Source: Nageia nagi
Taxonomy: Eukaryota; Plantae; Pinophyta
Length of the DNA stretch: 64,000 nucleotides
Reading direction: 5' to 3'
NCBI GenBank assembly: GCA_050084985.1
Contig: JBITNC010000001.1
Coordinates: forward strand, 120,094,001 to 120,158,000
The notes under the pieces are model-generated. The model worked only from the letters and a program-made list of their open reading frames with translations, searched no databases and had not been told where the DNA came from. Each line of letters begins with the position of its first letter. Within the stretch, counting starts at the first letter, position 1. Positions 52,116-64,000 of this stretch are shown one piece after another. The translations under genes were made by a program, and so were the position numbers.

Positions 52116-55100
52116 ATGGCGACTTCTCAATCATCTTCTACAATCGAAATGGAACAACTTGACACTGACCTGCTCTCTTTACAAGAAGAATATTTCAAGA
52201 ATGCACCAAAAGTGAACTGGACTAAGATGAGAGTAATCAGTCATATGGATACATGGATGGCTGGCCCTAGCTGTGTTCTTTTGAAGCTTAAAATATCTGA
52301 AGTGAGCAGAAAAGAAAAATCACTTGCTCATTCTAAAAGAGATGTTATGATTGACCAAGGTTTGGCATATTATGTGCCCTATGAATCTTTCACCTGCCTT
52401 GAGCTTTTGTACTCCCTAGCACACAAGCATCATCAAAAGGGGCACCAAATTGATATGTTCAAGAGCACTAAAGAGGGAGATACTTCTAAGCCAATATTTG
52501 AATCAGTGCTAGATTATTCTCCTGACTCCATCGTCCAAGCATTTGCTATTCCTGCAAACTGAACATTTTATGTTAAAAAATAAATTGGTTTTAAAAAAAA
52601 GAAATATGATTTTTATATTAATCAAGATGAAATGCTAAGCTAGATTAGTGTGATATACCAGAATAGTAGAAAAGCAAAACTTTCACCGAGCTACCAAATA
52701 ACTCTTTTTGAAAGAAAGAAAGAAAAGTGTTGCAGGCACTCGTAGTCATTCTAGGAAAGAAGACCTAGATAGAAGTAGACGAAGCCATTGTGCGCATGGC
52801 TTATAATATTTTAGAAGCCCATGTTTTCTTTGATTTTTTGACTTTCATAATCGAAGAAATTAAGAGGTGTTTGTTCAAGATTGAAAAATTAGATTTTAAA
52901 CATTCTTCGTATCTTTGGTGGCTATTTGTCCATCAAAATTTAGACAAACTTATAGAGGTGGGGCTCCTAATTGAGCCAACTAGTTTCAGTATTGCATCGG
53001 TACTAATTGACCTGATGGTGCCAATTTTGACCAAGTTGCATGGATCCTACTATGAGTTCATGAAAAAGTTCTATGCAACTGTAGTAAAAATTTTGACTAA
53101 AAAACTCTCCAGTAGGCTATGCAAAAGCACAATAAGGAAGCTACAAGGTAAAAATAAAATCGATGACTGGTACTTCTTGAGAAATTGCATCATAATAATC
53201 AAGTATGGGTATTTTGAAAAAACTTTTTTTTTGCCTAAATATGTTACCTCCTAGTTGTATTCAGTAGGGATGGTTAGATAGATTTGTGTCATAGAGAGTA
53301 AATATGGGTCTAGGGCTAACTTTAAGTCAATTGTAAATATACCAGTTTCTATCGAGAATTTTACTCTTTTAAAGATAAGATGTATAGATAGTATAACCCA
53401 ATTTATTGTACAAAATTTTGGGTTAGATAAAGTGGGAACTACATGGATGTATGACCCATCAAGAGAAATTACCTAAATAATAAGGACTAGCAAGAAACGT
53501 TCGGTATTTGTCTATGACAATAGGCCTCATATAGAATATTTTGTAAATAAAATTGAGCAGAAGGTAGAAATGTACCTAGATTGAGAATTTGTACACCTAA
53601 ATAATGCTTGGATGGCCTTGGAAGGAATAAGAAAATATAGGAACTAGAAAAATAAGAGGCAAGATTTTATCCTCAACCCAAAGGTCCTCACCCAATTAAC
53701 ATATCTTGGGTGGGGTACTAACAAAATTTATTATTTTACAAGATTTAGATTTGAGTATAATACAAAAATTCATCACATTGAAAGTGAATTATTTGAAAAG
53801 TTCAAATATGATAAATACTGGAAGGCAAAGTATTCCAAATATCTTCTGTCAGAGTTGGGACAACCTCTTCCTCTTCATTTTTGCGGGAAACTTACTGTAG
53901 AGGAAATGACAATGCAAATAGAGCAACCATATGACATGGTTCAAGTCCCAAATAAGGGAGAACAAAACCTTTTGAACACCACCACTTCTTCCTGGGAACC
54001 TTCTCCCAAAAAAAAAAAAATTTCAAACTCTTGCTCAAAGGGAGTAGACATTAGAGAAGGAGCAAAAGCCCATTAACAAGCTTCGATCAACTACAACAAG
54101 GTTACAGTCACAAATGAATATACCTCCACCTTTAGAGGCAATAGAAGAAGTCCCAAAGGTGGTGATATAAGAAGCACAAATTTTTGATTTAGAAGAGTTC
54201 AAAGAGCCATATGATACAGATGCTGGTGGTCCATAACAAGTTCAAGAATAAGAACAAAAGGAAACCCTGGAAGAGGGACAAAGCTAGATTTAATAAAGTA
54301 GGGAAAATATATTTGAGTCCAAAAAGACAGTAGCAATGGCACCCAAAGGAGGGCCAGGAGATGGTGATGATGATGATAAATTTGAAAAAAAAGACTTTGG
54401 CCCAATGGATAAGCCTGAGGAACAAGATGAGGCCATGGAAGAGGCTAAACCTAAACCAGAAGTCCAACAGTTGACTCCTCCTCGATAGTCCCAACCAATT
54501 CAGCAAGTTGAGACACCTATTGTAGGTTAAATTATTTCCACTTATTCTTTTATTCCTATAGTCTTGCAAGAGAAAATAAAGTCAATTTTTTTACACAAAT
54601 TGTAGAGCGCATTGATTAGACAACTTTTGTTAATAAATCTCCTATACTCCTTGAGCAATAGTTGAGAATTTTGAGTAAAGTTATAGAGACGGGGGATATG
54701 AAAATTGCTTAGATGCTATTCAAAGAAGGGTAGTTAGATTTTACTTTCATAATAATAATAGATGTAAATATGCAAAGCGCATCGACTATTGACCAGTCCA
54801 AGTTTCTTGTAAATACTTCAATGGTAGCTAGTAAAAGTCTTCAGGTAATGAAGGCTAAAATAAAGAAATTAAATAAGAAAATTGATCAATATAAGAAAGA
54901 CTGCTCCCTTAAAGACAAAATAGTAGTCGAATTACAAAATAAGAATAAAGATTTGATTATAAAGCTTGAGAAATAGAAAATTGAATTTGATAAGAGCATG
55001 GCAATATCAAAAGCTGAGCTAGATACTGCAAATCAAGTGATAAAGGAGCTCAAAGTTCAGGTTGCAATCATGGATGCTCAGAAGATCAAACAAATTGAGG

Positions 55101-55876
55101 TTGAGATAAAGACTATCAGTGTAACAAATAAAGTTATATCAGATGATAATGCAAAGCTATTATTGCTTATGAAAAACTTTAAAAAATCTTTAGTAGAGCA
55201 AGTTGGTGATAGAATGATAACATTATCTCACCTGCATCTGCTCAAGGAGGAAGCTATACAAGCCATTAAGGAATTTCATGCTCAAAGTGCTCTTCATAAG
55301 CTAGCTTTGGATATACCCAGAAAAGTTTTGGAAAAGATGCAAGTTCGATTAAGGATAGTAACTGAAATTTTTTTTGTAATAGTCTCCTCCAAGCCAAAAC
55401 AATCATATAAAAAAAGGATCCAAAAAATTTGTGAACTCCAAAGTTTGGTGTTCAACATGGACATAAATAAACACCAGCTCATAACAGAGTTGGGATTTGT
55501 TAACAAATTATTTAATTCTTTAATTGAAATAAAAGCTCCCAAAATATGGGAAGAACAAAATGTACAAAGAAATGCTGCCAATTAGGAAGCCAATACCATT
55601 CAATTCTTGGAATAATATTTTTTTAAGAAACAAATCTCAAATCTGCAATAAATAAATGAGTTGGCTCAAGAAGCCATTGTAAAATTTTTACATGCTAGAA
55701 AGCTAAATAGTGTCTTGGAAGGATTCAAAGCAGACACAGAGAAGATTAAGGTATCCCTCATCCTATCATAAGTTGATTATAAAGATATGAGTGAACTAAA
55801 TAAAAGGATGCAAGCATTCCTTCCACCAGACATGATGGTAGCAATTGAGACTGCAACCAGATCCACTTCTAGGTAA
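52116..55876 (+). pseudogene. Large accessory ORF (~1250 codons, broken) between pol and the 3' LTR, function unknown
   Basis: Consecutive same-strand ORF pieces at 52044-52562, 52790-53254 (FKHSSYLWW...DWYFL...YG...LPKYV), 54770-54976 and 54998-55585 (coiled-coil-like), all inside the LTR pair. Confidence 0.7.
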
Positions 55877-55946
55877 GCCACTGGGAGTAGCAGTTGATAG
55901 GTTCTATTCTCCAGTAGGTTGAGACCCCAAAGAGCCACAAAAAAAT

Positions 55947-58032
55947 TGTATTCCTTCAGTATAACACTCAAAATTTGGGTAATTCTATTATTTTTCATTC
56001 TTCATTATTTCATTCCAGGAGCTGTGTATATAAGAGTACCCGAGAGGATATTATTCTTTTAAAAGTCTTCATGAGTTATAAAATTTTGTATTCTTTCATT
56101 ATAAATTCCCACTCTTCTCATTTCTTTTCCTTAGGGTGTTGGGAGTCATTTTTTTAGTACTTGGAAATTATGTAAATAACGACATCCGAGAGTTATGTTA
56201 TTTTTTAGTAGTACCTAGGGATTATGTAAATAAAGTTACCTAAGAGTTATGTTAATAAGATTTGTCAATTTTATATTCTTTTATTCTTTAATGATCGAGA
56301 GTTGAGAGTGCCCAGGAGTCATGTCATCTTCTCCAGTATACTCAAAAAGTCATATGTAAAAATTTTCGGAATCATATTTATTACCTTAAAGTCTTTAGGA
56401 ATTGTTGGCACAAATGTCCAAAACTTGTACATATTTAGAGTTCCAATTTTGAAAAATATCATCAGAGCTCAGGCATTTTGAAGGATGATATCACAAATTT
56501 TGGAAAAAATAAACGGGCCCCTGAAAAAGCAATGGCGGGTGAGACTTTTGAAGAACATCAATAGAGCCTGGTGATTTTGGGAGATGACATCACAATTTTT
56601 GATTAGAATCAATGAGTCCTGGTAGAATTAGAATATTGATAGAGCCCGATGATTTTGGAATATGATGTCATAGTTTTCGATCAAAATTAGTAGGTCCTTG
56701 AGCAAGTAATGAGGGTGAGATTTTTGAAGAATATCAACAGAGGCTGATGATTTCAGAAGGTGATATATTTTTTTTGTAGAATCAATGGGTTTTGGAGAAA
56801 TTAGAATTTCGATAGAGCCCATCATCTTAAGAGATGACATCATGATTTTCGGCTAAAATCAGTAGGTCCTAATAGAATCAAAATATCAATAGAGCCCAAT
56901 GATTTTGAAGGATGATATCATAGTTTTTGATGAAAAAAGCAGGTCCTAGAAGAACCAAATCATCAACAAGCTTGAAAGAAGAACATAGAGCTCTTTAAAC
57001 AATTGAAAGAGTAGTGCATGAGAAAGAACACCCAGGTCCACTTCATCTTAAATGTTTGACCTTTAAGACCCTGATAATGTGTCCACACCAATTTATTTTC
57101 ACATAACATGGTAATTCTTCTTGATCCAAGTAAACATAATGTGTATCAACCATCATTACTTGATTATTGATATCCATAGTAGAGATCATAAAGATTACAA
57201 TGAAGCAGATAGCGGACTAATAAAGCATGCAACCAATCATACCAATCAATGTGCAATTAAATAACTGCTCAATCAGCTATATTCCTACCTTCAATTAGCA
57301 ATAGTGTTATATTCAATCAGCTACAGGGCAGAGGAAGGAGTAGTCAATGACATTTTAAAGGATTGCGGCTCTATGGACATGGCTGATCAGAAGTTGCAAA
57401 TTCCCAGATAGTTCAGATAGTTATGTTTGATTAGTACTTTTCCACTATATAATCTAGCATAGTTGTAGCATTTATGTAAATAGTGCTATTTTAGTTATTT
57501 CATTCAATGCTAGTAGTAATGTATATTAATAAAACCCAACCACCCAAAGGGAGAATTGTATAAATAGCTAGTTTTCAAAAATTAAGAAGGTCGAACATTT
57601 TAGCAAATTTGCTCTAATCAGTAAAAGCAATTCACATATGATAATGTAAATAGATAATGCTTTGCTCTCTTGAACAAAATGGCTGTTATTGCTTTTGTGA
57701 ATGTTATGTGTAGAATGTTTTCTTCAAATTATGGCTATGTATTGTGACTGCGAGACCCCAAGTGCAAGATAGTTTGCTATTCTTAATCTTGGCTATGGAT
57801 TGTTGCTGTGTTGCAATGCTCGAGTTGTAAATTTCTAGTTTTAGTTATTTATTTGCTTATCTCTTTCCTGTAACTCTCCATCTTTTTATTCCTTTCTTGT
57901 TACTTTTGACCTTAAATATAGATAGGAACCGCTTTTTAAATTGAAGATTGAGAAGAAAATCAACACGAGCGCATCCCCCCACCACCTACTCTTTCAAGGA
58001 ACCTATCATTGTGGGAAGTGGAGAACACAACA
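55947..58032 (+). repeat. Tat 3' LTR
   Basis: tgta...caaca followed by TSD gctac; preceded by agagccacaaaaaaat. Confidence 0.9.
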
Positions 58033-58037
58033 GCTAC

Positions 58038-59090
58038 AAAATTTTCAAGTGCTCTTTAATTTCTTAGTGTTTTAGAATATCCAAGTGCACTCCATAATCT
58101 TCAAATGTGCTCCAAAATCAAGTACTATAGATCTCCTTGTACTTCATAATCTCAAGTGCACTCTAGAATCTTTAAGTGCTTTAAATCTTCAAGTGCATTG
58201 GAATTTTCAAAAGCTCTAAAATCTTTATAGGTGTTAAGATCTTTAACTGTTTTAGAATCTCATTCTCTAGAAACTCCAAACGTTGCAAAAGAATTAATTG
58301 CATTGAAAGCTTTCCCTTCTCTTTCCTGTAAATTGCCTTCCTCCATTGCCTCTCCATCTCAAAATTATCTTTTTTCACTACTTATTATGGTATCTTCTCT
58401 TTATTGTTATTCTACATTGGAAATGGAATAGATTTATAGCCTCATTAGTTAATGAGTCGGGCCTTTTTGTTATGTTTATGCCCAATGTGGGAATATTATA
58501 TGAATTCAAACTTCTCTTTCCACTTGAAGATTATGAAATCTTCAAGTACTCAATGGATTTTGTAAGTGCCACAAAATCTTCAAGGGCTTTAGAATCTCTA
58601 AGTAAACACCAAATTCTTCAAGTGCACTCTAGAATCTTCAAGTGATTTAGAATTCCATGTACTCCATAATCTTCAAGTGCATTCTATAATCCTTAAGTGC
58701 TCTTAAATCTCTAAGTGCTTTAAATCTCAGTTACTCCAAAATCTTCAAATGGGTGGGATTTTTCAAAGGCTTTGAAATATTTATAGGTGTCAAGATCTTC
58801 AATGGTTCTAGACTCTCCAAGTGCTCTAGAAACTCCAAAGGTGCCAAAAGCATCGAATGCATTGAAATTGTTTCTCTTCTTTCTTTCCTTTGAATAAACT
58901 TCCTCCTTTGCCTTTCCATCTGAAATTATCTTCTTCATTACTTATTGTGATGTCTCTTCTTTATTGTTATTCTACTTTGGAAATGGGTTAGATTTATAGC
59001 CTCATTAGTTAATGAATTGACCTTTTGGTTATGTTTCCATCTAATGCGGGAACTTTCTATTAATTCAAACTCCACTTTCCACTTGATTAT
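58038..59090. repeat. Right part of the same tandem repeat (two further units)
   Basis: 560-bp spacing between marker copies at ~58431 and ~58991, with the same ~18-bp subrepeats. Confidence 0.8.
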
Positions 59091-62000
59091 CCTCATTTGA
59101 ATGATTGTTAGTTGGATTGAGGAGAATTCTTATGTTGATAAGACATTGATCATTAAATTTGCATCTCCATACACAAACAATTGCTAATAAAATATATATT
59201 ATTATGAATTAAATGTTTTATTTTTCAGTTGAATCTTATATTTTTTTAAAGAAGGATACTTCAAACTTTAAGCTTGCATAGGTATCAATAGCATAGCACC
59301 ATTAAATCATAGGAATAATGTTAGGTTTTGAACTCAAGCTTTAAGTATGCAAATTACCTTTTTACCAATTTATTTTCCATATTATTATTTAAAATAATAT
59401 ATTTCGAGTTTTAATTTTATTTTACATACTTTTATTAAGATGCTATATAACTATAAATTAGCATGTCTGTCAATCAAACTTCTAATTATAAAACATAAAA
59501 TATACTATAAACATATGTTACTTAATGGTCAACTTCTTGCCTTTAACAATGTAATTGATGTTATATGAATTTACGCTATTTGATCTATAGCTTTTATAAA
59601 ATGTCAAGCATTGAAGCAATGAATAAGGTTGTTTATATGTTGATTTCACAATCTGAATTTAGTTATTTTATTTATCTTCAATTAAATTCTATAATATTTT
59701 TAAGTAACACAATTTATAGTTTCATATTCTTAATTAATTATGTTAATGTTTAAATAATAATTTTACATATTGATCATTAATTCTACGTAATGCTTTTCAT
59801 TGTATCATTATTGAGATTAATAATTTGAATTATTTTTGTTAATATTTAGCTAAACTTAATTTGATGATTGATCATTTTGTAAAAGGTAGGCAGGTTGGTT
59901 AATAATTTGGTATACAATCATGGAACTTGTTGAATACACCTTCAACATTAGTTAGTATGTGTTTATTTCTTATTATCATCAATCCACCCTTTTAAGACAA
60001 TTGCAAAGAACATGAATTTATCTTTCCTTTTTTGTGCATTAATGACTTAAAGCATTTAGCCTTACATGATTGCCTCTTTGAAATCATCAATACACATTTG
60101 GTTGGGATATATTATAGTCAAATTGCTAAGGTGAGGCATGATTACAGCCTTTTTGAGATCTATTATGCCATAATCTTGATCTTGAGAAAAAGACATGAAA
60201 AGGTCTTGATGTACACCTTGATCCTTCTTGTTTATTTCAAATTCATTAATTTCAATTTGGCATCCCACATGGATTTTCTTATCTAGAGCCCTCTTAAACT
60301 ACTCCAAATTGCCCTCTTCTTTTCATCATAAGGTTTTGACTTTCTTGGCTTAGGTGCCTTCAAGGTGGACATATTTGCTCCTCCACTTCTACCATCTTGG
60401 TTTGTGCTACGAGTTCATAAAACTCCTTCTAATGAGTCTATTTTTTGCTTCCATCATTTAATCGTGTTTTAAGGTCATACTCGATGGATGTTGTAATCCT
60501 AATTCTTGATTATATCAATTTTGCTTGCAAGACATGCTTCTTCTACCTCCTTATACATTAATGATTTTTAAGTATCTACTTCAAGCACAATTTATATAGA
60601 GAAAATTCAGTTCTAAAAAATTTAAAAAGATAAATTTAAAAATAAATATCTAATTTCATCTACATGTAAAATCAACTTATAATTTAGAAAACAACTTATT
60701 TCCTTTATCTTATTCATCAATGCCCACTATTTGAAGAATTACTTATTTTCCTTTTTTTATTTCATCAATGCTTACTACATACTTCAATATGGAAAGGAAG
60801 CTCTACACACAAATATAAACATCCTCTTATAATAAAGAAAAACTATATATAAATGTAAAGTTGTGAACTATCAAATCTAATATTTTCTTCATCTTTCTTT
60901 ATATTTAATTTCATTATTAATAAAAAATTCAAAATAATTGCAAAGTTCCAAATTTATGTGAAATGCATAATCTTCATTTAAATTTTTACCGTTGAATTTA
61001 ATTCTATGCATAAATTACTTTAACCTTTTATACTATTGAGCTAGATAAATTATTAGATCTCCATTTTATCCCTTGTTGGCAAAAGTAAAAAAATCCTTGC
61101 TTGAACACTATTTTGGCATTTATTTAGTAATTAGGCAATGCCAGACAAACAGACAAAACAAGCATACTATAAAACATAGTTTGAGTAGTTTTAAAAAGAA
61201 TCACTATTTTAACACCAAATTCACCACCAAATTTAGCCAACAAGTCTTCATAAAACACCTCCATATTATCATTGAGGGCCTTTATCTAGAATGCGTTTGA
61301 AGTAAGTATAATTGACTTAGGGAAAAATTTGTTTTAGTTGTAATTTATGTTGATGAAAAGGAGTTAGTTTGTATTAATCAAATTTAAGTGGAATTTAAAA
61401 TCTTAAATTTCTTCACATTTAACTAGTAAAAAAATTGAAAAATAAATATTCAACCAAATTTATCATCATGATCAATTTAACAATTGTCATTTATACATAA
61501 TTTAGAGAATTTCTTTGGAGATATCACGAAGATTATTAGGATCATCTTTACACTATTTGTTATTTCAAATATTGTTGAAAGAGAGGGTTGATTGAAATTA
61601 TAAATAATTTTAGAAATTTATATTATTCAAAAATATTAAAAAAGATAATATTAATTATTATTTATTATTAGAATAAGAGGGTAATTAGCTTTAGGGATTG
61701 GGAAATACCATATAGCTACATTAAATGAAGATGCAAAATGGGAAAATGATTTGTTGGATATTGTTAAGGTTAATTATACTAATAGTATTTTCAAAATAAA
61801 ATCTAGGGAATTATTAATATAATAAATAAGAGTATATGATAGTAATGATATCAAGAACAGATCTATAAAAAATTAAATAACTTAGTCATATACTTAGCTT
61901 CAATGAGAAGTTTTGAACCTTATTGTTCCCTAAAAAAATAAATGTTGACATGACCTGCAAAATGTTGCCATGTTTTTGTAAAATATAGTCATGCTTTTTG

Positions 62001-63168
62001 ATTGAAATTTATAGTTGTTTTGTAATAGTCTTAGATAAATTTGACCTCTTTCAATGAGGTTGTCCACATACTTTGATATTTGTTGGGGATAGTCGTTAAG
62101 AAAACAAATGTAAAGGATCTCTCCTAAGTTGAAGAATCATACCTCATTAAAAACAAATCACATCATATTAGATCCCATTAACTATTAACATCCCATATTA
62201 AGTGAGATACATATATCAAGAGAGAAGTATGAATGTGAATCTTCCATTGCCTTTAAAGACTTTGTTAATGATGATACCTTAATAGGACCAATGAGATATA
62301 CAATGAATCATTGATTTGTTGCTAAGCTTATCATAGATAATGTAAGTGATAAATATTTTTCTATGGATATGATGAGATAAAATTAAAAACTTTCTAAACT
62401 ATATTTAAGAATATAGTGAAATGGTAGACTATCAAATTGTGTTGGAGATAACTATTGATTTTTATTTTTTCTTATAACATTGCAACATTTTGCAAAATAC
62501 TGTAATGCTTCAAGTTTTTTTCTTTTTCTTTTTTTTTTTATTTATAGGCTTGTTTGGATTTTTTTCTTGCTTGTGTTTATTATATCTTGTTTTATTCATG
62601 TTCATGTATTTTATTGAAATATTGTAGTATCTTATGCTTAATATATTTTTGAACATATCTAACTTACAATACTAAAATAATTGTTATATGACCTATCCTT
62701 GATGAAAATTTGGTTAAAATCCTACCAAAAAAAGGTTAATCCATTGTAAATGTTTTTCATTTTTCACTTTAAAAAAATTGAAAATGCAAAAATTAAAACT
62801 TCACTTTAAATTTCGAAGTAGGTGTTTGTTAATGTAATACATTTTGAGGTGCATGATGTATATGGGATCGTTTGGAAGTTTATGTTTTACTAAACATATG
62901 CTCCTAAATTGAAATTATATATAATTATAAGTAGGTTAGACTAAATGATTTCAAACTTACCTTTTATTTCTCTTGTTTTTATGGTGCTTTTCATAGTTTC
63001 TTTGAGGCATTCGTCTTCAAATTATGGAAACAAATAATCTTTCGTGAGTGAATTTAGATGGTCAAAAGTAAAATTGTTGGTATTCACAAAGTAAAAATCA
63101 AAGGTCATTTATCATGGGTGATTTTAAACCCCTCTCTACATGCATGAGAAATAAGGTAGAGTATCATA

Positions 63169-64000
63169 TGTAATGTCCCCATTTTTTAGGTGTTTTCCCC
63201 ATTTCACCTTTGATAAATGGGAACATTAATTTAGGTGTGATTTTGTATAATTTGGTAGAAATTGACCAAAATGATGTAAATGCCATGTAGAGGCTTAGCA
63301 AAGCTCTAATTATGGAATAAATGGCCCTTTTATATATTTATTTTGTATTTAGTTAATTACTAAATGCCAATAATACATGTTTGTAATACCAAGGCAATTA
63401 TATTTATAAATGCAATATTAGTCTCCTTAAAAGAGGCATTGCATATTTTAGCCTTGATGAATGTATTATTGGATTTTAATGTATCTCTAGTCATTAGTGC
63501 TTTCCTCTTCGAGGTAAAGCATCCCCCTAGGTAATTGCATCAACTACGAGATCATTTGAAGCTCTAAGGTTGAATGTGGTACTTCGAACTAGGCTTTGGC
63601 AATATCAAGGCAAGTGGACAATTTCCTTAGCATGGATGTTGGACATGTAAGCATCCCAAGATCCCATGTTGGCCCTCCTTAGCACTTGAACCTATGGCAC
63701 TGATCATTAGGCACTTCAAATCACCCTCTCTTGGATGTTGGCATTCTTGGCCCTTAGATGTGATTTCATCCATCCTAAGGCTTCCTGTATTAGGATATTG
63801 CATACATGAGCACACAGATCACATCACTCCACTATTAGATCATCTAATGCAAGATTAGAAGGTGATCACCCTCTCCTATAAAAGGAGGAACTTAGTCATT
63901 ATCAATATGCTAATTATTGTTATTAAACCCCTTTTATTTGGATTGAATGGAGACTCTATATTTTCCACTTGTAGGGAAACCTACATTTGAGGTATCGAGG
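63169..64000 (+). mobile_element. Start of another probable LTR, running off the window
   Basis: Begins tgtaatgtcccc (an LTR-type start) with TATA cctataaaagg at ~63875. No partner LTR in the window. Confidence 0.5.

Larger units (their letters stand above)
40573..58032 (+). mobile_element. Full-length decayed Ty3/gypsy Tat-clade retrotransposon (gag-PR-aRH-RT-RH-INT plus accessory ORF)
   Basis: TSD gctac at 40568-40572 and 58033-58037. LTRs of ~2.1 kb start tgtattccttcagtataaca at 40573 and 55947. PBS-like tggcacatccgatgggac at 42709-42726. LTRs are clearly diverged, roughly 10% by eye, mostly transitions. Confidence 0.92.

Noticed and set aside
52116-55876. Envelope gene (endogenous retrovirus-like)
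   Set aside because: No signal peptide or convincing transmembrane segment in the readable pieces; left as an unknown accessory ORF.
59100-63168. Short ORFs in the AT-rich distal region
   Set aside because: No recognisable motifs, termini or splice-consistent structure. Probably very old TE debris, which I cannot support as features.

Overview
AT-rich, transposon-dominated plant nuclear DNA, most likely from a gymnosperm. That call is an inference from the 9-11 kb TE-filled introns, a Tat retrotransposon with its extra RNase H between protease and RT, and expanded PLS-class PPR arrays. I can reconstruct one apparently intact host gene by hand: a 10-exon, 320-aa RBR E3 ubiquitin ligase (10811-38775, +) that is RNF216/TRIAD3-like, with all nine introns GT-AG and phase 0. 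Upstream (1-9.5 kb) are a decayed Ty3/gypsy pol, PPR/E+/DYW pseudogene pieces including a tandem array of ~300-bp P-L-S triplets, and a CACTA remnant. Intron 1 holds a full-length decayed L1-type LINE with an extra 3' ORF. Intron 3 holds a Copia element with several nested insertions, and later introns hold a solo LTR, MITEs and a LINE remnant. Downstream, a 17.5-kb Tat element (40573-58032, TSD GCTAC) with a large accessory ORF splits a ~550-bp tandem repeat. Inside its gag sits a very young 2.8-kb non-autonomous LTR element (identical 219-bp LTRs, TSD AGGTC) carrying a captured GC-rich fragment of a host aspartic-protease gene. All family assignments come from motif recognition by eye; no database searches were run.
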